In this document: positions 37,901 through 50,300 of the stretch, piece by piece
Numbering within the stretch: position 1 is the stretch's first letter
Layout of the letters: each line of letters starts with the position of its first letter
Source: Octopus sinensis
Lineage: Eukaryota
Assembly (NCBI RefSeq): GCF_006345805.1
Contig: NC_043008.1
Coordinates: 49,166,001 to 49,230,000, forward strand
DNA: 64,000 nt
Direction: 5' to 3'
Position numbers and translations under genes: made by a program
The notes under the pieces: model-generated
Database searches by the model: none
Seen by the model: only the letters and a program-made list of their open reading frames with translations
What the model was told of the DNA's origin: nothing

Positions 37901-40309
37901 TATGTTTCTCTTCAGGCCTTTGGCCATCATAGGGCAAGTTATACTTGTACAACCCAGGATGAGGGTTTACACCTTCCTTATTCAGGTAGGCAGGTACAGC
38001 CCACTCAACCTTTGCTATTATCATGTGGCTTTTTCATAGCAGGATTTTCTACAGGGAGCATGCCCTTGCTTACCCCCAACCTCGGTTTCTAGATATGAGT
38101 GGTCCTGAGACCAAGGCCTCCACCATGATTTTTAAGAAAACTAGCTCAGGAAGGCAGAGACGCTACTCCCCCTTTCAGAGCCTTCCCCCCCCACAATATA
38201 ATGTAGAAAAAGCAGTGTACTGACCAAATAATTTGTCATTGCTGTTGTTTGGAGTAAGAGCCAATCAAATCATTTTGTGTCTGTAGAATCATCCATTCAG
38301 ATCAATGTTTCTCATGTTTACTGAATACAGTCAGAAGAAGCAAATGAAAATGGCTGAATCAAGATTTGAACCTGCATCGCACATTTTCCCCTCAAATCTA
38401 TGACACAAATTGAAGCATTGAGTCAGTATTTTCCCCGTTACTTTTTCTTTGTTCCTGCACTTGTCTCTTGGTTTTCCAACACTTAGAAGTTGATTGCTAT
38501 CTCTGCCCACACATCAGGACAAGAAATTAGTCAGCCCTGTTTTATTTTCTTGTTTTGTTTTTTGTTGGTTTTTGGGTTTGTTTTTCTTTCTTTGTTATGC
38601 TTTAGGAAATTTTGGATTTGGCACTCCTAGCCAACACATCTCTCAGATTGTGCTGTGAATAATACCACTTGGCTGTTCAAAGTCTGCAATATAATACCAG
38701 GATATCAGCTATATGTGTGTGCGTTTATATAAAAATGCATGCATACATACATATATATATATATATTTACACACACATATGTACATATATATACACACAT
38801 ATATAAATATGTATATACACACACACACACACATATATATATACACACATATATAAATATGTATATATACACACACATATATATATACACACATATATAA
38901 ATATGTATATACACACACATACACATATATACATATGTATATACACACACACACATATAAGTATACATACACACGCATGAGTCATCTAAGAGTTCATAAG
39001 TCAGGGACACGATGCACTCATATATCTGCCAGTAAAGTGGTTATATTACCCAAAATGTATTAAATATCCATCACGGCTGATCTTACCAGTTGAATTCACA
39101 TAAAGAATACAACTTGGGGGTCAATGTAATCAACTGCCACCACCACCACCACCACAAAATTATAGGCCTTGTACCTATAGTAGAAAGGATTATTATTGTT
39201 AAGGTGGTGAGCTGACCGAATCATGACCTCATCAGAAGAAATGCTTAGAAACATTGTCTTCCAGCTCTTAATGTTCTAAGTTCAAATTGCACCAAAGGCT
39301 AACTTTGCCTTTCATCCTTTTGGGGGTCAATAAAATAAAGTACCAGTCATGTACTGGGGTTTATGTAATCAACTTGCCCTTCCCTTCATATTTGCTGGCC
39401 TTGTGCCAAAATTAGAGCAAATAATTATTATTAGTTGTTGCTGTTATTTGTTTCATTGAAGAGGTGATACAAATGTCGTTTGTTCCAGGTTCAAAACTTA
39501 ATCAACACTCACCTGTTAAAAATTCTACATCAATTTTCATTCCAATGTAGCATGTAAAAAAGCACCAACCAATCATGGCCACTGCCAGCTTCCCCTGGCA
39601 CCTGTGCTGTTGGCATGTAAAAAGCACCCACTACACTAATGGAGTGGTTGGCATTAGGAAGGGCATCCAGCTGTAGAAACAGTGCCAGATCAGACTGGAG
39701 CTTTGTGCAGCCTTCTGGCTTCCCAGATCCTGGTCAAACCGTCCAACCCATGCTAGCACAGAAAACGGACATTAAACAATGATGATGATCATCATCATCA
39801 TTTATTGGTTTAAATAATAGATTTGTTTTTTATTCTCGTTTATTTCACACTGTTATTCCATCATTATGTCCATTTTCTCTGGAATGGTGTTGATTAAACT
39901 CTCTTCATCATAATTACATCCGGTTTTGTTTTGTTTGTTTTTTGTTTTGTTTTGTTTTCTTCCAAAGCTGCCATAAGATTAACCGAGTCTACAGAATTAC
40001 ACCACACATACTCGGAAATGCCTTGGAATGCTAACAGACAAACAGAATGCTAATAAAAGCTGGGGTTTACCTTCAGCATTTATGCAGCTTTATTTTAAGC
40101 AAATAATTGAATAATACAATCTTCTCTTGGAAACAATACCAGTCTTCTCTGCTACCGATTCCACACTTCCAAGTGGAGGGAAACATTAGAATTTTACTTG
40201 AATACTTTTTCTCTGTTGAGTTTCCTGTTTTGTCATAAATTCTTTTATTCTAACAGCTTCTTTACTCCGATTCTTGCTCTGGAACTTCTTCCCATTGTCC
40301 TGTTTTCCT

Positions 40310-40720
40310 GTCATCATCATCATCATCATCATCATTTAGTGTCCGCTTTCCATGCTGGCATGGGTTGGATGGTTCAATCGGGGTCTGGGAAGCCAGGAGG
40401 CTGCACTAGGCTCCAGTCTGATCTGGCAGTGTTTCTACAGCTGGATGCCCTTCCTAATGCCAACCACTCCGAGAGTGTAGTGGGTACTTTTTACGTGCCA
40501 CCGGCACAGGTGCCAGGGGAGGCTGGCAGCGGCCACAATCAGTTGGTGCTTTTTACATGCCACTGGCACAGAAGCCAGTCAAGGCAACGCTGGCATTGGC
40601 CACATTTGGATGGTGCTTTTTACATGCCACCGGCACAGGTGCCAGGGGAGGCTGGCAGTGGCCACAATCGGTTGGTGCTTTTTACATGCCAACGGCACAG
40701 GTATCACAACTATGATATTC
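40310..40720 (-). mobile_element. RTE 3'-end element with four modules
   Basis: (CAT)n tail, terminal module and four ggt(g/a)ctttttac modules. One module is duplicated (40494-40555 vs 40621-40685). Confidence 0.85.
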
Positions 40721-41714
40721 AATTCTTTAAACGTTCAACATTTAAACTAACCTTACCTGGCCTAAATATTTCACCTGTTTTATGTTCAAATTGGCCAGAT
40801 ATAGTCTCTCCCACCTACTCTACAATTCCATTCTAAAAGTAAAAACAATCACATCATCAAAATCTCAAAGAAGATAATACAGAATTAATTCAAAACAATG
40901 TCAATCAATGAACATTAAATTTGACAAAGTAATCTGAATACTTAAAAACTTGGCTTTCTGTCATTCAACATCTTTTGAATTTGTAAACCCCCTTCTTTTC
41001 CTTCTGTGTAGTCCTGTGGTAGACTAGCATCCTATCCAGGGTAGGATTTATCTCTCATTTATTTGATTCTACAGGAAATGAAATTAAATACCAGCCTTAG
41101 AGATTCTTGAGGATTGTGAGGTATCTTAGCTTTCAACATCTCTAAGCCTTTCAGTTGTCTGAGAAAATATTTGCCCATTGAAACATGAATTTATAATCAA
41201 AATATTCTGAGTCATATTTCAAGATTTTGCTGTTTGTTTAGGTTTTTCTTTTCTTTTTTTTTTCTTTCTGTACCTTAACCTAATCTTTTGGTTTCTTGCC
41301 AAAATATTGTGAAAATATTCTATGAAAATAAAAAGTGAAGAAAATATTCAAAGAATAATGGTTTCGTGCATTACTTGTGAAAAATATTTACACCAAATTT
41401 TAATGAAATTTAATTCTTATGAAATGGATAATTCAAAAGTGGAGACAAAATATGAAGAATGCCTCATTAAAAGACAATAAAATTATATACTTAAAGATGG
41501 TAACATCTCAAAGTTATCGCAGTTTGTTTACTTAATAGTCAAATGAACACGGTTTGCAGCTGTTCTTCCAAGAAAAGTTCCATGCTCTGCCATTTCATAT
41601 TCTTTGAATAGGTCTTTTACAACTGTATTTTGCCTTTTGGTGCTGCTTTTAAGAGTATCTTACATTTTCACAGACACTATTTCATCTCCTTTTATATATA
41701 TATATATATATAAT

Positions 41715-41966
41715 CCATGCTGGTGGCACGTAAAAAGCACCATCCGATCGTGGCAGTTGCCAGCCCCCCCTGACACCTGTGCTGGTGGCACGTAAAAAGC
41801 ACTCACTACACTCACGGAATGGTTGGCGTTAGGAAAGGCATCCAGCTGTAGAAACAATGCCAGATCAGACTGGTGCCTGGTGCAGCCTCCTGGCTTTCCA
41901 GACCCCGGTCAAACCGTCCAACCCATGCTAACATGGAAAACGGACGTTAAACAATGATGATGATGA
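41715..41966 (+). mobile_element. RTE 3'-end element
   Basis: Two modules, the terminal module and a (GAT)n tail. Confidence 0.8.
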
Positions 41967-42949
41967 TATATAGTTAAAGTTAATCCAAACATGAAAACAC
42001 AAAGAGAAAACGCAACAACATGAGGACGTGGAACAAGTATAGTGTTATTGGACGCTCAGGAAGGAAAGAATGAAGGAGGATTTAACGTTTCAAGTGGAGC
42101 TCTTTGTCAGAAATATTGAAAAAGGAAAAGTCCAAAGAAGGGAAGATGGAGGAAAAAAAAAATTGCCAATGATACACACGTGGTATGTCTGCGTGGATAA
42201 GATGTTTGGTTCCCAACCATGTGGTTTTCGGTTCAGCCCCACTATATGGTACCTTGTGCAAGTGTTTTCTATAGCCTTGGTTCAACTAAATTCTTGTAAG
42301 TATAGATTTTTTCCAGAAAATGCAAGAAACGCATTGCACATGTGTGGGTATGTGTTGTCCATTGGAAAAGCAAATCTATAACAGCTTCACACTAAGTATT
42401 GACATTAGAATACAAAGAACCAGAAGAGGTCCTGCATGGAATTTCATGCTACAGTCCCCACCTATGGCACCATTCCAAACTGGTTGCTTTTGCTACCATA
42501 ATTCTGTTGAAATGCAATAGTTTTGTTTCAATAAATTTTTAGAATAATGTTGTACTATGTAAAATAACTTGGCCATTATTAAGTTGGTGTTTGGAATGGA
42601 AATTAATATGGAGTTTTAATGGAATGTTTTGATCCAGAAAACTTTAATTCTTTTGTTACCACATTCCTGTTGAAATGCACTGCTTTTGTTTCAATTAATT
42701 TAGGAAATAATAAAGAATTTAGTAGAATAAATTTGTCGTTATTATTAAGCTGATGTTTGGAACATAAATTAGTATTAAATTTTGATGGGAGGCTTTAATT
42801 AAGCTTGTTTTAATTAGGAGGTTTGCATCATTGAATCAGCAGAATCTCAGGAGTTGGTATTCAAAGAGTTAAGCAGGAGATTTGTGTCTTAGAACTGGAG
42901 TTGGTCTCAGGTTGGTTGACAGAGTTGACCTTAAGTGGAATTTGAACCC

Positions 42950-43407
42950 GGGGTGCAAAGAGCACCATACGAGTGTGATCGTTGAGAGAGCGGCTAACCG
43001 GCTTCAGTGTCAGTGGAATATAAAAGGGCACCATTTGAGTATGATCGTTACCAGTGTTGCCTTACTGGCACTTGTGCATGTGCTAGTAGGGTGCCAAGAG
43101 CACCATCCGAGCATGATCGTTGCCAGAGCAGCCGACTGGCTTCTGTACCCGTGGCACATGAAAGGGCACCATTCGAGCGTGATCGTTACCAACGTTGCTT
43201 CACTGGCACATGTAAAAAGATTCAAGCGACACGTAAAAACCACCCACTACACTCTTGGAGTGGTTGGCATTAGGAAGGGCATCCAGCTGTAGAAACTCTG
43301 ACAGATCAGATTGGAGCCTGGTGCAGCCATCTGGTTCGCCAGCCCTCAGTGAAAATCGTCCAACCCATGCTAGCATGGAAAGCGGACATTAAACGATGAT
43401 GATGATG
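42950..43407 (+). mobile_element. RTE 3'-end element with 4-5 diverged modules
   Basis: Repeated gcaccat(t/c/a)cgagcgtgatcgtt modules, the terminal module and a (GAT)n tail. Confidence 0.85.
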
Positions 43408-44346
43408 AACACAATAGGGAATCAGAACATATACCAAAAGGTATTTGACAACACTTTAACAATATGCGCACACACACACACATACACACATTATATCTGT
43501 ATACACTCTTCTCTTGGCCATCAAATGATGGCTATAAATGACCATCACAATCATATAAACGATGTCATTCTTTTCGAATCTACTGTGAAAAATATGTCTG
43601 GCCATGGGGAAGATATTACCTCGCTTGGAAACTTATGTAGGTTATCAACATAATCCATCTGACCCATGCAAGCAGGGAAAACTGGACGTTAAAACAACAA
43701 CAACATCAATTTATCAATGTGAAACAACAATTCCTTGACAACAAAATCCTCATTTTCCATTTCAGCCTTTAGTCTGTGATTAAATTAAATTATTTTCCCC
43801 TCGTTTAAATATTGAATTATTTGCATAATCTCTAATTGGAATTAACGAACTACCATGTTACAGCTAGATTTCGGAATGAAATTAAAAATAATGTAAAATA
43901 AATCTCATTTATTGGTTATTTATTCTCAATAATTCTTCTTTTTCTGGTAAAATATTTCTTTTATATCTTTCGGTTTTATGCGTTAATTAAGATAAATGTG
44001 TTTGTCTTTTACATCGTGCGTGTGTATGTGTATGTGTGTAAGCATGTGGCTGCACATGTGTATATGCACATGGCTGTTTGTCTGTATATGTGTGTATACA
44101 GATGATTGTGTATATGTTTATGTGTATATATGTATATGCATCTTTTTAACAATTATACAAAGAGATTAAGATGATTTGCATCAACTTGTCACAACAAGCT
44201 GCCATTTAGTTTGTTTGGAATCATCATCCTTGAAGGGTTTTTTTTCTGCCAGACTTCGTTGGAATATGGTAGAACCACAAATTTCAGTGCTCAGCTACAC
44301 TTCCATCTTTCACCAAATTTATTTAGTATTTATTTATCGTAGACAG

Positions 44347-47300
44347 GGCACGTAAAAAGCACCATTTGAGCGTGGTCAATGCCAGTACCGCCTTTCAGGC
44401 TCCTGTGCCAGTGGCACGTAAAAAGCACCATTTGAGCGTGGTCAATGCCAGTACCGCCTTTCAGGCTCCTGTGCCAGTGGCACGTAAAAAGCACCATTTG
44501 AGCGTGGTCAATGCCAGTGCCGCCTTTCAGGCTCCTGTGCCAGTGGCACGTAAAAAGCACCATTCGAGCGTGGTCAATGCCAGTGCCGCCTGACAGGCTC
44601 CTGTGCCAGTGGCACGTAAAAAGCACCATTTGAGCGTGGTCAATGCCAGTACCGCCTTTCAGGCTCCTGTGCCAGTGGTACATAAAAAGCACCATTTGAG
44701 CGTGGTCAATGCCAGTACCGCCTTTCAGGCTCCTGTGCCAGTGGTACATAAAAAGCACCATTCGAGCGTGGTCAATGCCAGTGCCGCCTTTCAGGCTCCT
44801 GTGCCAGTGGCACGTAAAAAGCACCATTCGAGCGTGGTCAATGCCAGTGCCGCCTGACAGGCTCCTGTGCCAGTGGTACGTAAAAAGCACCATTCGAGCG
44901 TGGTCAATGCCAGTGCCGCCTGACAGGCTCCTGTGCCAGTGGTACGTAAAAAGCACCATTTGAGCGTGGTCAATGCCAGTACCGCCTTTCAGGCTCCTGT
45001 GCCAGTGGCACGTAAAAAGCACCATTCGAGCGTGGTCAATGCCAGTGCCGCCTGACAGGCTCCTGTGCCAGTGGCACGTAAAAAGCACCATTTGAGCGTG
45101 GTCAATGCCAGTGCCGCCTGACAGGCTCCTGTGCCAGTGGCACGTAAAAAGCACCATTTGAGCGTGGTCAATGCCAGTGCCGCCTGACAGGCTCCTGTGC
45201 CAGTGGTACGTAAAAAGCACCATTTGAGCGTGGTCAATGCCAGTGCCGCCTTTCAGGCTCCTGTGCCAGTGGTACGTAAAAAGCACCATTCGAGCGTGGT
45301 CAATGCCAGTGCCGCCTGACAGGCTCCTGTGCCAGTGGCACGTAAAAAGCACCATTCGAGCGTGGTCAATGCCAGTGCCGCCTTTCAGGCTCCTGTGCCA
45401 GTGGTACGTAAAAAGCACCATTTGAGCGTGGTCGATGCCAGTGCCGCCTTTCAGGCTCCTGTGCCAGTGGCACGTAAAAAGCACCATTTTAGCGTGGTCA
45501 ATGCCAGTACCGCCTGACAGGCTCCTGTGCCAGTGGCACGTAAAAAGCACCATTCGAGCGTGGTCAATGCCAGTGCCGCCTGACAGGCTCCTGTGCCAGT
45601 GGTACGTAAAAAGCACCATTTGAGCGTGGTCAATGCCAGTGCCGCCTTTCAGGCTCCTGTGCCAGTGGTACGTAAAAAGCACCATTCGAGCGTGGTCAAT
45701 GCCAGTACCGCCTGACAGGCTCCTGTGCCAGTGGCACGTAAAAAGCACCATTCGAGCGTGGTCAATGCCAGTGCCGCCTTTCAGGCTCCTGTGCCAGTGG
45801 TACGTAAAAAGCACCATTTGAGCGTGGTCAATGCCAGTGCCGCCTTTCAGGCTCCTGTGCCAGTGGTACATAAAAAGCACCATTTGAGCGTGGTCAATGC
45901 CAGTGCCGCCTGACAGGCTCCTGTGCCAGTGGTACATAAAAAGCACCATTTTAGCGTGGTCAATGCCAGTGCCGCCTGACAGGCTCCTGTGCCAGTGGTA
46001 CGTAAAAAGCACCATTTGAGCGTGGTCAATGCCAGTGCCGCCTGACAGGCTCCTGTGCCAGTGGTACATAAAAAGCACCATTTGAGCGTGGTCAATGCCA
46101 GTGCCGCCTGACAGGCTCCTGTGCCAGTGGTACGTAAAAAGCACCATTTGAGCGTGGTCAATGCCAGTGCCGCCTGACAGGCTCCTGTGCCAGTGGCACG
46201 TAAAAAGCACCATTTGAGCGTGGTCAATGCCAGTGCCGCCTGACAGGCTCCTGTGCCAGTGGCACGTAAAAAGCACCATTCGAGCGTGGTCAATGCCAGT
46301 GCCGCCTGACAGGCTCCTGTGCCAGTGGTACGTAAAAAGCACCATTTGAGCGTGGTCAATGCCAGTGCCGCCTGATAGGCTCCTGTGCCAGTGGTACATA
46401 AAAAGCACCATTCGAGCGTGGTCAATGCCAGTACCGCCTTTCAGGCTCCTCTGCCAGTGGTACGTAAAAAGCACCATTCGAGCGTGGTCAATGCCAGTAC
46501 CGCCTTTCAGGCTCCTGTGCCAGTGGTACGTAAAAAGCACCATTCGAGCGTGGTCAATGCCAGTACCGCCTTCAGGCTCCTGTGCCAGTGGTACGTAAAA
46601 AGCACCATTCGAGCGTGGTCAATGCCAGTACCGCCTTTCAGGCTCCTGTGCCAGTGGTACGTAAAAAGCACCATTCGAGCGTGGTCAATGCCAGTACCGC
46701 CTGACAGGCTCCTGTGCCAGTGGTACGTAAAAAGCACCATTTGAGCGTGGTCAATGCCAGTGCCGCCTGACAGGCTCCTGTGCCAGTGGTACGTAAAAAG
46801 CACCATTTGAGCGTGGTCAATGCCAGTGCCGCCTTTCAGGCTCCTGTGACAGTGGTACGTAAAAAGCACCATTTGAGCGTGGTCAATGCCAGTGCCGCCT
46901 GACAGGCTCCTGTGCCAGTGGTACATAAAAAGCACCATTCGAGCGTGGTCAATGCCAGTACCGCCTTTCAGGCTCCTGTGCCAGTGGTACATAAAAAGCA
47001 CCATTCGAGCGTGGTCAATGCCAGTGCCGCCTGACAGGCTCCTGTGCCAGTGGTACGTAAAAAGCACCATTCGAGCGTGGTCAATGCCAGTGCCGCCTTT
47101 CAGGCTCCTGTGCCAGTGGCACGTAAAAAGCACCATTCGAGCGTGGTCAATGCCAGTGCCGCCTGACAGGCTCCTGTGCCAGTGGTACGTAAAAAGCACC
47201 ATTCGAGCGTGGTCAATGCCAGTGCCGCCTGACAGGCTCCTGTGCCAGTGGTACGTAAAAAGCACCATTCGAGCGTGGTCAATGCCAGTGCCGCCTGACA

Positions 47301-50300
47301 GGCTCCTGTGCCAGTGGTACGTAAAAAGCACCATTTGAGCGTGGTCAATGCCAGTGCCGCCTGACAGGCTCCTGTGCCAGTGTACGTAAAAAGCACCATT
47401 CGAGCGTGGTCAATGCCAGTGCCGCCTGACAGGCTCCTGTGCCAGTGGTACGTAAAAAGCACCATTCGAGCGTGGTCAATGCCAGTACTCCACCCCGCCT
47501 ACACCGTCCGACAGGCTCCTGTGCCAGTGGTACGTAAAAAGCACCATTCGAGCGTGGTCATGCCAGTACCGCCTTTCAGGCTCCTGTGCCAGTGGTACGT
47601 AAAAAGCACCATTCGAGCGTGGTCAATGCCAGTGCCGCCTGACAGGCTCCTGTGCCAGTGGCACGTAAAAAGCACCATTCGAGCGTGTCAATGCCAGTGC
47701 CGCCTGACAGGCTCCTGTGCCAGTGGCACGTAAAAAGCACCATTCGAGCGTGGTCAATGCCAGTGCCCCTTCAGGCTCCTGTGCCAGTGGTACGTAAAAA
47801 GCACCATTCGAGCGTGGTCAATGCCAGTGCCGCCTGACAGGCTCCTGTGCCAGTGTACGTAAAAAGCACCATTCGAGCGTGGTCAATGCCAGTGCCGCCT
47901 GACAGGCTCCTGTGCCAGTGGTACGTAAAAAGCACCATTGAGCGTGGTCAATGCCAGTGCCGCCTTTCAGGCTCCTGTGCCAGTGGCACGTAAAAAGCAC
48001 CATTTGAGCGTGGTCAATGCCAGTGCCGCCTGACAGGCTCCTGTGCCAGTGGTACGTAAAAGCACCATTCGAGCGTGGTCAATGCCAGTGCCCCCCCCAC
48101 ACTTTCAGGCTCCTGTGCCAGTGGCACGTAAAAAGCACCATTCGAGCGTGGTCAATGCCAGTGCCGCCTGACAGGCTCCTGTGCCAGTGGTACGTAAAAA
48201 GCACCATTGAGCGTGGTCAATGCCAGTACCGCCTTTCAGGCTCCTGTGCCAGTGGTACGTAAAAAGCACCATTTGAGCGTGGTCAATGCCAGTGCCGCCT
48301 GACAGGCTCCTGTGCCAGTGGCACGTAAAAAGCACCATTCGAGCGTGGTCAATGCCAGTACCGCCTTTCAGGCTCCTGTGCCAGTGGTACGTAAAAAGCA
48401 CCATTCGAGCGTGGTCAATGCCAGTACCGCCTTTCAGGCTCCTGTGCCAGTGGTACGTAAAAAGCACCATTCGAGCGTGGTCAATGCCAGTGCTGCCTGA
48501 CAGGCTCCTGTGCCAGTGGTACGTAAAAAGCACCATTCGAGCGTGGTCAATGCCAGTGCCGCCTTTCAGGCTCCTGTGCCAGTGGCACGTAAAAAGCACC
48601 ATTTGAGCGTGGTCAATGCCAGTGCCGCCTGACAGGCTCCTGTGCCAGTGGCACGTAAAAAGCACCATTTGAGCGTGGTCAATGCCAGTACCGCCTTTCA
48701 GGCTCCTGTGCCAGTGGTACGTAAAAAGCACCATTTGAGCGTGGTCAATGCCAGTGCCGCCTGACAGGCTCCTGTGCCAGTGGCACGTAAAAAGCACCAT
48801 TTGAGCGTGGTCAATGCCAGTGCCGCCTGACAGGCTCCTGTGCCAGTGGTACGTAAAAAGCACCATTTGAGCGTGGTCAATGCCAGTGCCGCCTTTCAGG
48901 CTCCTGTGCCAGTGGCACGTAAAAAGCACCATTTGAGCGTGGTCAATGCCAGTGCCGCCTGACAGGCTCCTGTGCCAGTGGCACGTAAAAAGCACCATTC
49001 GAGCGTGGTCAATGCCAGTGCCGCCTGACAGGCTCCTGTGCCAGTGGTACGTAAAAAGCACCATTCGAGCGTGGTCAATGCCAGTGCCGCCTGACAGGCT
49101 CCTGTGCCAGTGGTACGTAAAAAGCACCATTTGAGCGTGGTCAATGCCAGTACCGCCTTTCAGGCTCCTGTGCCAGTGGCACGTAAAAAGCACCATTCGA
49201 GCGTGGTCAATGCCAGTGCCGCCTGACAGGCTCCTGTGCCAGTGGCACGTAAAAAGCACCATTTGAGCGTGGTCAATGCCAGTACCGCCTGACAGGCTCC
49301 TGTGCCAGTGGCACGTAAAAAGCACCATTCGAGCGTGGTCAATGCCAGTGCTGCCTGACAGGCTCCTGTGCCAGTGGTACGTAAAAAGCACCATTCGAGC
49401 GTGGTCAATGCCAGTGCCGCCTGACAGGCTCCTGTGCCAGTGGTACGTAAAAAGCACCATTCGAGCGTGGTCAATGCCAGTGCCGCCTGACAGGCTCCTG
49501 TGCCAGTGGTACGTAAAAAGCACCATTCGAGCGTGGTCAATGCCAGTGCCGCCTGACAGGCTCCTGTGCCAGTGGTACGTAAAAAGCACCATTTGAGCGT
49601 GGTCAATGCCAGTACCGCCTTTCAGGCTCCTGTGCCAGTGGCACGTAAAAAGCACCATTCGAGCGTGGTCAATGCCAGTGCCGCCTGACAGGCTCCTGTG
49701 CCAGTGGCACGTAAAAAGCACCATTTGAGCGTGGTCAATGCCAGTGCCGCCTGACAGGCTCCTGTGCCAGTGGCACGTAAAAAGCACCATTTGAGCGTGG
49801 TCAATGCCAGTACCGCCTTTCAGGCTCCTGTGCCAGTGGCACGTAAAAAGCACCATTCGAGCGTGGTCAATGCCAGTACCGCCTTTCAGGCTCCTGTGCC
49901 AGTGGTACGTAAAAAGCACCATTCGAGCGTGGTCAATGCCAGTACCGCCTTTCAGGCTCCTGTGCCAGTGGCACGTAAAAAGCACCATTTGAGCGTGGTC
50001 AATGCCAGTGCCGCCTGACAGGCTCCTGTGCCAGTGGCACGTAAAAAGCACCATTTGAGCGTGGTCAATGCCAGTACCGCCTTTCAGGCTCCTGTGCCAG
50101 TGGTACGTAAAAAGCACCATTTGAGCGTGGTCAATGCCAGTGCCGCCTGACAGGCTCCTGTGCCAGTGGCACGTAAAAAGCACCATTTGAGCGTGGTCAA
50201 TGCCAGTGCCGCCTGACAGGCTCCTGTGCCAGTGGTACGTAAAAAGCACCATTTGAGCGTGGTCAATGCCAGTGCCGCCTGACAGGCTCCTGTGCCAGTG

